Part shown: positions 52,930 through 64,000 of the stretch, one piece after another | How the letters are laid out: each line of letters begins with the position of its first letter | How positions within the stretch are numbered: the first letter of the stretch is position 1 | Source: Octopus vulgaris | Lineage: Eukaryota | Assembly: GCA_951406725.2 (NCBI GenBank) | Contig: OX597827.1 | Span: 10,912,001-10,976,000 of the forward strand | Direction: 5' to 3' | DNA: 64,000 bases | The notes under the pieces: generated by a model | What the model saw: only the letters and a program-made list of their open reading frames with translations | The model's database searches: none | What the model was told of the DNA's origin: nothing | Program-made: the position numbers and the translations under genes

Positions 52930-53140
52930 AGTGATGGCTTGAAGTATATTGAGTTCTTCATAACCAGCTGATCTAGCAAGTGGGGCCTCATATCAGTGAG
53001 GGGGGCCGGTGCGCATTGATGCCGTCGAGAGGTAGGCCCCGAAACGGCGCGCATTCTCTCCTGATGATCCCATACACTTGCTAGCTTCCGGTATACGGAG
53101 CTTTTAACTGGTAGCACTTGCATGTGCAAGTTGTTTGCAA
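52930..53140. other. CpG-rich structured insertion of unknown class
   Basis: Nested complementary segments give a bulged rod 52973-53084, then a small hairpin and TTTT; sits inside an old family B head. Confidence 0.55.
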
Positions 53141-53367
53141 GACATCCATACAACTATGTCTGTGCCTATGTTTACAGTTCTTCACTTCAGTTCTTCATGT
53201 TTATTCAATATTTCTAACTTATTTCAAAAGAGGAAGAGAAGCCTTTACTAAAATAACCTGTTAATAGTTTAAGAACTACATTTCCTTTGACTTTACTTAA
53301 TTGTTAATTATGGAATATCAGAAGGTGAGCAAAGAAACAGGAATATTTTTATTATTATTGTTGTAAA

Positions 53368-53580
53368 GGCAGCAAGCTGGCTGAATGACTAACACACCGG
53401 GAAAAATGCTTAGCAGTATTTTACTTGTCTTTTTGTTCTGAGTTCAAATTCAGTCTAGGTCAACTTTGCCTTTCACCATTTTGGGGTTGATGAAATAAGT
53501 ACCAGTTGCATTCTGGGGTCGATGTAATTTACAAGCCCCTCCCCCCAAAAATTTTAGGTCTTGTGCTTTTAATAGAAAAT
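53368..53580 (+). mobile_element. Older family C-related SINE
   Basis: Degenerate head, core and alternative tail. Confidence 0.78.
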
Positions 53581-54173
53581 ATTACTATTGTTATCAGTGG
53601 ACAAAAACTGGAAGGAGGTGATGAGCAGGGTGGCCAATCTCACCCTGAAATGGGCAGACCATCGTCCCTTGCCCTACATCCTGCCTGGGAAAGCTGGAGC
53701 ACTTGCTCTTCTGCTTTCTGTGAAAGGGACATGTTCCACTCATCAGACAGTCCATCTGCTTTCAACAGCTGCTGAGTGGAGGACTGGCCATGCTGTAGCT
53801 AATGATGCACTGTCACTGAAACATCTCCAGCGTTTTCTTAATGGTGAGTAGGTGTGGTTGCCGTTTGTCAAATGGGATTTTCTGCAGCTTGTTTCATTGA
53901 TAGAGCTGGAGTCCTGGATCAAGCATAGACCAAGAAAGGGTACTTGGCAGTAGGAGTGCCAGCAAGTGCTTACAGCTTTCTGTCAGTCAGGCAACAGAGT
54001 CGATGGAAGTTCCACTATTGACTTCTGTAGGGGAATGGGGATTAGTGGTGGGCAAGAGCGATGATGTTCTCTGGGAAATTTTGGGTATTGGCAGGGATCA
54101 GTTAACTGGTCTATTCTGGAGGACTTTTGGGCAAGAGCCGATAGATTATTTCCATCATCATTATCATTATTAA

Positions 54174-54213
<40 letters not shown>

Positions 54214-54537
54214 ATTATTATTTATTCTTTTCATTTATTGTTTATCATTTATCGTTTAATGTCTGCCTTCCCATCCCATGCTAATTTATTATTATTATTA
54301 CTAAGGCAGTGACCTGGCAGAATGGTTACCATGATAGGGCCAAGAACATCTTAAATCAGGTTGGTATCAAAAAGGCTTCACAAGAACAACAACAAAATCG
54401 TTTCTTGGTTTAGTCAGAGAAGGAAAAGCAGCAACCACAGCCATTTACACAGCCTTTGAAACTGATAGAGAACCGAGAGGAAGTCATTGTCAGATTAGAG
54501 ATCTGACCCAAATGCTTCCATGTTCAAGGCAGTCAAT

Positions 54538-54775
<238 letters not shown>

Positions 54776-55011
54776 TCTTCATATACAATTAAAGCTTCTT
54801 TACAAACGTTATTTAATCAATGTTTACGTACAAAAATCTATAATGGTTGAAGTTAATTAAGCCCCAGTCAGCTCTGCTCACATACATCAACAATAGAGGC
54901 ATCTAATGTTATATTTTGGAGATTCCTGGATCCTGATTAGAGACAGCAGCATGAAATTGAGAACCTACCAAAAAGAAGCGGAGAACAAAGATTCCTCATG
55001 TAGCATTGTTG

Positions 55012-55063
55012 ATCTTCAAGCAGCAACAACAGAAATGAATCTCAGTTGTTACTGCTTGAAGAT
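55012..55063. other. 19-bp hairpin in unique sequence (pre-miRNA-like)
   Basis: ATCTTCAAGCAGCAACAAC / GTTGTTACTGCTTGAAGAT with a 14-nt loop. Confidence 0.4.
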
Positions 55064-55430
55064 GAAGAATTGATCTCCTGAAATTGCGCTGGTACTTCAC
55101 AATCACAAGACTACCTTCAAACAACATAGCTATTCTGTATGTAAATATTGCTAAATAACCAGAATTTCCCACTGTTTTAGAAATTAAACTAATCATATGA
55201 TTTTTAAAATATTTCTTCTCATTCCATTAACTTCTCTGAATGTTTCTCAAATACTGCAGTTGTAATTTTTTTTTTTTTTTTTGCTGTGTGTACATGTATT
55301 TTTGAGAAGTAAAACAATTAATTTTATGTAATTATTCAACAGACAATATAAAAATTTTTTTTTATTTATTTCAATAAATATTGTAGAAGAGAGATGATTA
55401 GTCAAAATAAAAATTATCAAATATTCAATT

Positions 55431-55516
<86 letters not shown>

Positions 55517-55933
55517 TGTATGTATGTATGTATGTATGTATGTGTGTATGTATGAATGTATGTATGTATGAATGTGTGTATGTATGTATACTAACATGAA
55601 AAAATTAAATATTTACTTTTCTCATTTGTGTTTCTATAATTATAATTGAATGTTATTATTTTTTTTTTTTTAAAGACATTCTTATAGGAACCTTTGTCTG
55701 CTCTGATGTAGCTAAGATCTAGGTTGAACCATTTCCACAATCAATATTTTGAATGAAATTAAAGACAGCAAAATGGCAGAATCATTAACATGTAGGGCAT
55801 AATGCTTAGCTGGGTTTTGTTCATCTTTATGTTCTGGGTTGAAATACTGTCATGTTCGACTTCACTTTTCATCAGAGTCAATAAAGTATGTACCAGTTGA
55901 GGACTGGGGTCAATGTAATCAACTTACTCTGTA

Positions 55934-56343
55934 TACTCTCTTTTACTCTTTTACTTGTTTCAGTCATTTGACTGCGGCCATGCTGGAGCACCGCCTTTTA
56001 GTCGAGCGAATCGACCCCGGGACTTATTCTTTGTAAGCCCAGTACTTATTCTATTGGTCTCTTTTGCCGAACCGCTAAGTGACGGGGACGTAAACACACC
56101 AGCATCGGTTGTCAAGCAATGCTGGGGGTACAAACACAGACACACAAACATATACACATACACTTATATATATATACATATATACGACAGGCTTCTTTCA
56201 GTTTCCGTCTACCAAATCCACTCACAAGGCATTGGTCGGCCCGGGGCTATAGCAGGAGACACTTGCCCAAGGTGCCACGCAGTGGGACTGAACCCGGAAC
56301 CATGTGGTTGATTAGCAAGCTACTTACCACACAGCCACTCCTG
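55934..56343 (-). mobile_element. SINE family B
   Basis: Full-length copy. Confidence 0.92.
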
Positions 56344-56833
56344 TATGTATGTATGTTCCCACAAAATTGCTGGCCTTGTGCCAAAATTTGAAACTAATAT
56401 TTTGAAAGAAATATACTGTCCACATGTTTGATTAATTACATGACTGCAACCAGGACAAATTAATGTCTTTCCCATTTCTGTTTTATTTAACATAATAGTA
56501 TGTGCTGTTAGGGATATTTCGCTACGCTTTCTTGAAGATGATATTACCAGGTTGAGGATTAATTTTTAACTCATTAAAGAACCTTACTCAACAACCGGAG
56601 AATAAAGTAAGTCAAAAATGGACCCACTGCATAGATACTGAACCTACTAGAAATAGTAGCTAAATTTTCTCTTGAATTACCCTGTTCTGTGTTAAAAAAG
56701 GAAAGATACATCAGAGAGTGTAGCCCTTGATACATTGTATCTAAAAACAGAAAAATGCAATGATCACAGTAAAACAATTTTGTTCATATATCTTCCTGAT
56801 TAGGGGCTAGTTTTGAGATAAAAATAAACAACA

Positions 56834-56990
56834 GGCGCAGGAGTGGCTGTGTGGTAAGTAGCTTGCTTACCAACCACATGGTTCCGGGTTCTGTCCCACT
56901 GCGTGGCATCTTGGGCAAGTGTCTTCTGCTATAGCCTCAGCCCGACCAATGCCTTGTGAGTGGATTTGGTAGACGGAAACTGAAAGAAGC

Positions 56991-57027
<37 letters not shown>

Positions 57028-57258
57028 ATGTATGTGTGTGTATATGTTTGTGTGTCTGTGTTTGTCCCCCCACCATCGCTTGACAACCGATGTTGGTGTG
57101 TTTACGTCCCCGTCACTTAGCGGTTCGGCAAAAGAGGCCGATAGAATAAGTACTGGGCTAACAAAAGAATAAGTCCTGGGGTCGATTTGCTCGACTAAAG
57201 GCGGTGCTCCAGCATGGCCACAGTCAAATGACTGAAACAAGTAAAAGAATAAAAGAAT
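56834..57258 (+). mobile_element. SINE family B
   Basis: TSD AAAATAAACAACA at 56821-56833 and 57259-57271. Confidence 0.92.
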
Positions 57259-58314
57259 AAAATAAACAACAGCAAAGTGAACAATTACAAATTCTGACAT
57301 CGTTTGAATATGTTTCTAACTATGTGCGGTATGTGGTTCTCTCTTTGAGAGCTTCAATGTCAAAGCTCAGCTCAAATGATGACCAGCTGATCAAATTTTC
57401 AGAGAATAGGGCAAAAGAGAGATGGCGGGAGGGGGGTGGTAGTAGAGTAAAGAAAAAAAAAAACCAAACCTACTTCTGATATGTAACGTTAATTTCTCTT
57501 CAGATCAGCAAAGCTTTAAATATTCTCAGATCAAGCAATCATGAACTAATTTCATCATTATTCAGATGTTTCTCTCTACAGTTTTATGACAATTCATACG
57601 TCCTCATAGATTACTAGAAAAGTGACAAATTTTCTCTCATGAGACAAGCTTCCACAATATTGCAATCCTTCAGACTGGAATTCTAGCTTCAAAGAGGCTG
57701 AAGCAAAGTGATTCTTGACAATTTAGGTCTCCCTTTCAAAATGACTGACAAGATCACGATCATATACATATATATATATATATATGAAATCCCAGTTGAC
57801 TGTCACGTGATTATCGTTCTTCGTGTTTTCAGTTTTATGTTGTGAATAATAAAGTTTTGCAAGCTTGAATGTGCTTATATGCATATGTGTATACATACAT
57901 ATGCATAAAATCATATTAACACATTCAAATACATTTAATGTATATGTGTGTGTGTATGTGTGTGTGCATTTATATATGTATGCATATATATATATAAACA
58001 AAAATAAGCATATGTATATGTTAATGTGCATATATGTACTTATGTATACATACATATATAGTCATATATATATATATACATATATAAATAATATATGTGT
58101 GTGTATGTGCATATGCATATTTTTTATGATAGTTGCATTCTCATTGTTCACTGGCTGCAAGCATTCATAAAGAGAACATCTTGCTATAAATATGCTCTAC
58201 ATAAACTGTTTATTTCTGCTCACAAATACAAAGAACACATCCTGAGTTCAAATCTTGCTAATTCGGGAAAATGTGTTTCCATAATCTTAGCAGCAACATA
58301 ATATTTAACATTTC

Positions 58315-58521
58315 CCTCTCTCTCCTTCGGAGAGGCACAAGCACCTACACGCACATATACACACATGGCAGTAACTCCCGCCTACCGAATTCAATCACAA
58401 AGCTTCGGTCGGCTTGGGGCGATAGCGGAAGACACCTGTTTAAAGTGCCACACAGTAGGACTGAACCCGAAACCATGTAGCTAGGAAGCAAGCTCCCTAA
58501 CCACACAGCCATGCCCACACC
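58315..58521 (-). mobile_element. Variant B' SINE
   Basis: Matches 35101-35310. Confidence 0.8.
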
Positions 58522-58534
58522 TATTGACTATTGA

Positions 58535-58745
58535 TTTCAAATTTTGGTACAAGGCCAGCAACTTTGGGGCAGGGGATAAGTCATTTACATTGGTCTCCGT
58601 GCTCATCTGGTACTTATTCTTTCGATCCCAAAAGGTTGAAATGCAAAGCTGACCTCGGCAGAATTTGAACACAGAACATAATGACAGACAAAATACCACT
58701 AAGCATTTCGACTGGTGTGCTGATAGCTCTACCAGCTCACTGCTT
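58535..58745 (-). mobile_element. Older family C-related SINE
   Basis: Degenerate family C core and head. Confidence 0.75.
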
Positions 58746-58908
58746 TAATAATAATTCTTATACATTTATTTCAGACATTTAGTTATTTACTTTGTTGAAA
58801 TTTGTCTCTCTTTAAAATAGCGATATTTAAACAGAAGAGTAAAGTAACATAAGGAATTAAAAAGAAAAATGAAATGAAAATAAAAAAAAAAAACATTGTA
58901 TAAATATT

Positions 58909-59137
58909 CATCATCATCATCATCGTTTAACATCCGCTTTCCATGCTAGCATGGGTTGGACGATTTTGACTGAGGGCTGGCGACAAAGATGGCTGCACCA
59001 GGCTCCAATCTTGATCTGGCAGAGTTTCAACAGCTGAATGCCCTTCCTAACGCCAACCACTCCGAGAGTGTAGTGGGTGCTTTTTACGTGCCACCGGCAC
59101 GGGGGCCAGTCAGGTGGTACTGGCAACGACCTCGCCA
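58909..59137 (-). mobile_element. Family D element
   Basis: Matches the 30297 copy. Confidence 0.88.
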
Positions 59138-59507
59138 GTAAGGTGATGCATGATATTTGTATATTCCAATTTTTAAAAGGTTTTCAAAATCGTCAACTCA
59201 ATAGCAGTATCAAAAGGAACATAACTGCACCTGGATATAATTTCTGTTCTGTTATCAACAATGCATTGCAAGTAGCACAAAAAAAGCGATCATTTAATCT
59301 TTTATTTGTTTTAGCCATTAGACTGTGGCCATGCTGGAGCACTGCCTTGCAGGGTTTACACAAACAAATTAGCACCAATACTTATCAAGAACTTTAGCCA
59401 AACCACTAAGTTTAGGAGACACTCATGAGGCTTTGGTCAGACTGGGACTATAGTAGAAGACCACTGCTCGTGGTGCCATGCAATGTGACTGAACCTGAAA
59501 CCACATA

Positions 59508-59835
59508 CCGTATTTGACGGCATATTAGACGCACCCTCATTTCAGCAGGTCAAATTCAGGAAAAAAAGTTTTAAGTGTATTTAAGCATATATTTAAGCAT
59601 ATACTGGTAATAATAATAATAATAATAATACTAGCAATAAAATAATGATGCATGCGTACGGAAAATATCATTAAGGCATTAGCGTAGGTAGAAATACTTA
59701 TCGTAAGCTAGGTTAGTGAGCGTCTGGGAGAAGATTAGCCTATGGGAGGGTCTTGACTTCGCATATTAGACGCAGGGCGATTTTTTGAGCCAAACTTTTT
59801 GGAAAAGAGTGCGTCCTATATGCCGTCAAATATGG
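59508..59835. mobile_element. pogo/Tigger-type MITE inserted in an old family B head
   Basis: TIRs CCGTATTTGACGGCATATTAGACGCAC / GTGCGTCCTATATGCCGTCAAATATGG, TA on both sides, subterminal repeat GCATATTAGACGCA. Confidence 0.88.
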
Positions 59836-60304
59836 TAGTTACAAAATGGTCTCCTTTACCACACAGCCATATAAAAAATTAGAAGGACTCATTTTCTTAA
59901 TGCTTAAGGGTCTGTGACTTGAACCACAACATGGTATTAATGCTTATTCTCAAAGTAATTTTCTCAAAAGTACACACCCAGTCATTAGAAACATCATCAC
60001 CCAGTCACTAATTAGGGATTCCCTTTAACAAATCCATTGTTGGCACATTGAGATTTCTGCTTAGTGAGCGACAAATTTATATCATTTTTCTCTCAGTCGT
60101 TTTAATGATATAACTTTTCCCTCTGCAGCCATATAAAGATACAGCTCCATGATGACTCTGTGATCTTCGGGGGTCACTAGAATCTACATGGCTATGCAGA
60201 CCCCACTTGACGACATATCATTGCTGTTCCCCTTGGTGCTCAGAACTTGTCAGTGCTTTATAAAAAAACTTTGCAATGATTTAAGGGCCAACCTGAAATC
60301 CCTC

Positions 60305-60555
60305 GTTATGACTTAGTGGTTAGGGTGTTGGACTCATGATTGTAAGATTGTGGTTTTGATTCTAGGACCAGGTGATGCATTATGTTCTTGAGCAAGACAC
60401 TTCATTTCAAGTTGCTCCAGTCCACTCAGCTGGCAAAAATGAATAATTCTGTGAAGGACTGGTATCCCATCCACATAGAGAATATATACACACTGAAACT
60501 GGGAAACCAGCCCTTATGGGTCAGTATGACTCGAGAAGGTAACTAACTTTATGCT
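60305..60555 (+). mobile_element. Old SINE family E
   Basis: TGACTTAGTGGTTAGGGTG...TTCTTGAGCAAGACACTTCATTTC.AGTTGCTCCAGTCCACTCAGCTG. Confidence 0.75.
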
Positions 60556-60617
60556 GCCTCATATTGTGTGAAACTAGCCTGTTGATTCGAGTGTGACCAC
60601 ATCAGCTTATTTGGCCA

Positions 60618-61006
60618 GTGGAGGCGCAATGGCCCAGTGGTTAGGGCAGTGGACTCGCGGTTGTAGGATCGTGGTTTCGATTCCCAGACCAGGCATTGTG
60701 AGTGTTTATTGAGCGAAAACACCTAAAAGCTCCACGAGGCTCCGGCAGGGGATGGTGGTGATCCCTGCTGTACTCTTTCACCACAACTTTCTCTCACTCT
60801 TACTTCCTGTTTCTGTTGTACCTGTACTTCAAAGGGCCGGCCTTGTCACTCTCTGTGTCACGCTGAATATCCCCGAGAACTACGTTAAGGGTACACGTGT
60901 CTGTGGAGTGCTCAGCCACTTACACATTAATTTCATGAGCAGGCTGTTCCGTTGATTTGGATCAACCGGAACCCTCGTCGTCGTAACCGATGGAGTGCTT
61001 CCACTA
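60618..61006 (+). mobile_element. SINE family A (tail type 2)
   Basis: 9-bp TSD ATTTGGCCA at 60609-60617 and 61007-61015. Confidence 0.92.
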
Positions 61007-61289
61007 ATTTGGCCATCTCACCTTCTACTTGGCTTCAAGGATCATGCAGAAATTTCCATAAATCCTTCCTAGTCAACTGAAACCACAATACCAACGTAAC
61101 ATTTAGGGCTTCGTTTTATTGCTCCTTCATAAGCACACTAACAGCTTTTCTGCTTTTTGAGAGGCTAAAAGTGATCACCTAGCTAATTCTTTGATATAAT
61201 CATCAACCAAGGAGGGAGAATTTATTATGACATACTTATCCTATATTCTGTTTCTTTATGGCTCGCGACTTTGTCAAGACTATTTTTGT

Positions 61290-61863
61290 TATTACAAGTC
61301 TGTACTTATATCACTGGTCTGGAACCCCTATCTTACCCAGCATATAAATTATCTGGAAACCGTTCAGCGACGTCCAACCAAGAGAATACCCTCCATCAGA
61401 CATTTGCCATACTCTGAACACCTTACTTCCCTGGGCATGGATACATTGAAACTCCGATGTCTGGCAGCTGACCTGGCAGACACCCATAAAATTATGAACC
61501 ATCTTACTAACAATAACTCTGAGCACCTTTTCAAACTCCACCTGTCTAACACAGGACATGTTTACAAAGTCAGAAAACAACACAGCTCCCATGACTTTCG
61601 GAAACATTTTTTCACGCTAAGAGTTGCTGAAGCATGGAACAAACTGCCGGCATCAGTTGTTAGTTGTCGGAGCACTGCATCCTTCAAAACTTCCATGCTT
61701 CCTGAGATTTGCCAACACTACACCTGGTTTTCTCCCCTCCATACACACACAAGCATGTATCTTACTCATACATTGTTCACTTCCCAGGCATTTATACATT
61801 ACAGCATATGCTTTATATGCACTTTTGACATGTTGTGGTGCACCCTAGCACTGTATACAATAA

Positions 61864-61894
<31 letters not shown>
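61290..61894 (+). mobile_element. CR1-group LINE 3' end with (ATT)n tail
   Basis: VWNPYLTQHINYLETVQRRPTKRIPSIRHLPYSEHLTSLGMDTLKLR...FFTLRVAEAWNKLP. Confidence 0.92.
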
Positions 61895-61897
<3 letters not shown>

Positions 61898-62146
61898 TAG
61901 TTTTATTTTTATAGCGTGTTTTCACTTCACTACCGAGCACAGCTCTGTGTGCCTTGGGTATGTGCTGGGATTTGTTGTGATGCTCTGATGGTTATTGTAT
62001 GGAAAGTGTTCTGCGTAGGATGTGTGCAGTGCCGCGTAGTGCAATTTTCTGTATGTTATATGTGTTTGTAAGTCCTGGTGTTTTTGTTATGTATTTGTCT
62101 GAATATTTTTTTATCATGCCTAATGCACCTACTATGATAGGAATTG
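61895..62146 (-). mobile_element. Dong/R4-clade 3' fragment inserted in (TAA)n
   Basis: Minus strand IPIIVGALGMIKK...IQKIALRGTAHILRRTLSIQ*; (TTA)n on both sides. Confidence 0.85.
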
Positions 62147-62674
62147 ATTATTATTGTTATTATTATTATTATTATTATCACAAATGTGTTTGTGATTTCT
62201 GTATATTTTTCAAAGTGCCACTGTCTGCATTTGTGTTTGTAATTGCAACTATTTGTCCAATTGACATAATTTTTTTTCTTTATACATCTCCTTTTTATAG
62301 TCTGTATGTTATTTTCCTTATTTGCAACAACATTTTCTTCAAAATCTTGTAGTGTATTTACTATGACTTCATTTACATCTACTATCTGTAACCACCACCC
62401 CCAGACAAAGAAACCCTATAAAAATTTAGCTTCTTCCTCAATGAAATTCTGGGAGAAAAATAAAATATATAAATTACTAAAAGGAATAACTTATTCTTGT
62501 ATTCCAAAGTAAATGAAGTGGAGACTCAAAATTTCCAAAGTGTAATAATCCAAGAAAAGAAAAAAAAAAAAAGGGGGAATTTTTCTTTAACTATAAGCAA
62601 GGTAATCCGAATCTTTTATGGAAATATGTTTGAAACATCTTTGCTCTCTTCAAAACACTTCATCAAGCATATAA

Positions 62675-62786
62675 GTAGTAGTAGTAGTAGTTGTCACAGC
62701 AGCAGCAACAGCAGAAGCACTAGTGGTGGTGGTGGTAGTAGTAGTAGTAGTATTAGTAATAGCAGTAGCAGCAACAGCAGCAGCAT

Positions 62787-62819
<33 letters not shown>

Positions 62820-62988
62820 CAGCAGAAGCAGTGGTAGTGGTGGTGGTAGTAGTAGTAGTAGTAATAGCAGCAGCATTAGTAGTAGTAGTAGTAGCAGTAG
62901 CAGTGGTGGTGGTGGTGGTGGTAGTAGTAGTAGTAGTAGCAGTGGTGGTGGTGGTGGTGGTAGTAGTAGTATTAGTAATGGCAGCAGC

Positions 62989-63050
<62 letters not shown>

Positions 63051-63285
63051 CAGCAGCAGCTGTGGTGGTGGTGGTGGTGGTGGTGGTAGTAGTAATAGTA
63101 TTAGTAATAGCAGCAGTAGTAATAGTAGTAGTAGTAGTAGTAGTAGTAATAGCAGCAGCAGCTGTGGTGGTGGTGGTGGTGGTGGTAGTAGTAATAGTAT
63201 TAGTAATAGCAGCAGTAGTAATAGTAGTAGTAGTATTAGTAATAGCAGCAGCAGCAGCAGCGGCAGTAGTAGTAGTCAGTAGTAG
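62675..63285. repeat. (AGT)n/(AGC)n/(GGT)n compound trinucleotide repeat
   Basis: Directly visible; source of the poly-S/G ORF. Confidence 0.95.
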
Positions 63286-63391
63286 TTGAACTGAGTTTGA
63301 ACAAGAGCAAACAAAGGCTGTGAGATTATTTTTCTCTTATTCTGTACCAAATCTGCCAATCCATCACAAGAACAATAATAATAACAATAAT

Positions 63392-63593
63392 CCTTTCTAC
63401 TATAGGCACAAGGCCTGAAATTTTGAGGGAGGAGGTAAGTCAAGTACATTGACCTCAGGGTTCGACTGGTACTCATTTTATCAACCCCAAAAGGATAGAA
63501 AGGTGAAGTCAACCTCAGTGGAATTTGAACTCAGAATGTAAAGACGGACAAAATACTGTTAAGCATTTTACCCAGTCTGCTCATGATTCTGCC

Positions 63594-63594
<1 letters not shown>
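63392..63594 (-). mobile_element. Older family C-related SINE with alternative tail
   Basis: Same structure as 27113-27317. Confidence 0.8.
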
Positions 63595-63625
<31 letters not shown>

Positions 63626-64000
63626 TAGTCCTTTCTACAATAGACACAATGCCTGAAATTTGGTGGGAGGGGCTTGGATTACATTGACCCCACCCCCTTT
63701 CTGATGGTTCTGCGTTGCTCCCACCATATCTCTGTGTATATGAGAAGACAAGATGTTGTCAGTTTCTGCTTCTGCTTTCCACTTCCTGGCTGTTTTCACC
63801 TCTGGTGGGTTACGCCTGATTTCCATATCCTTCGATTCTCTCAGCATCATGACTGTCCATATCTTCCCCAGCTTATGTATTTTGACTATTGATGCTATTG
63901 GTAGCTGCAACGAACCTCTTTTACGATAAAGAGGTGAACTGTTCAACATCTTTATCGTAATAATAATAATAATAATGATAATAATAATAATAATAATAAT

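Noticed and set aside
53700-53755. Minus-strand CTGATGA-GTG..CAC-AGAAAG hammerhead-like string
   Set aside because: Extra base before GAAA, and no stem III or UH cleavage site with a matching stem I
53590-54140. GC-richer block that might be coding
   Set aside because: Stops in all frames and no recognisable domain; probably an old retroelement fragment that I cannot classify
60110-60260. Plus-strand acceptor (TTTTCCCTCTGCAG), an ATGATGA box and local hairpins
   Set aside because: No convincing donor, all frames closed, and no matching D box or terminal stem for a snoRNA

Overview
Eukaryotic, AT-rich, non-coding DNA (intronic or intergenic), most likely from an octopus or other coleoid cephalopod. 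That assignment is inferred from the SINE families and the extreme microsatellite load. I can support no intact protein-coding gene: almost all ORFs in the track are translations of microsatellites or SINEs. The window is a mosaic of five recurring short retroelement families (called A-E here), 3' fragments of CR1/L2-type and Dong/R4-type LINEs, a Penelope-like GIY-YIG fragment, a decayed Tc1/mariner transposase, hAT/piggyBac/pogo/mariner MITEs and large simple repeats. The strongest hidden signal is a set of hammerhead-ribozyme motifs. Two complete type I hammerheads lie on the minus strand 741 nt apart (37.8 and 38.5 kb) and share an identical palindromic stem III. Nearby are a 50-bp-arm hairpin and a fold-back element joining a tRNA-like head to a hammerhead-bearing Penelope-type tail. 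These lie just downstream of a well-formed non-coding minus-strand exon (40191-40287). Other points of interest: a CpG-rich rod-folding insertion at 53 kb, one SINE head with three different tails, Dong/R4 fragments twice nested in CR1 tails, and an A-to-G-biased SINE subfamily. Family names are from recalled motifs, not database searches.
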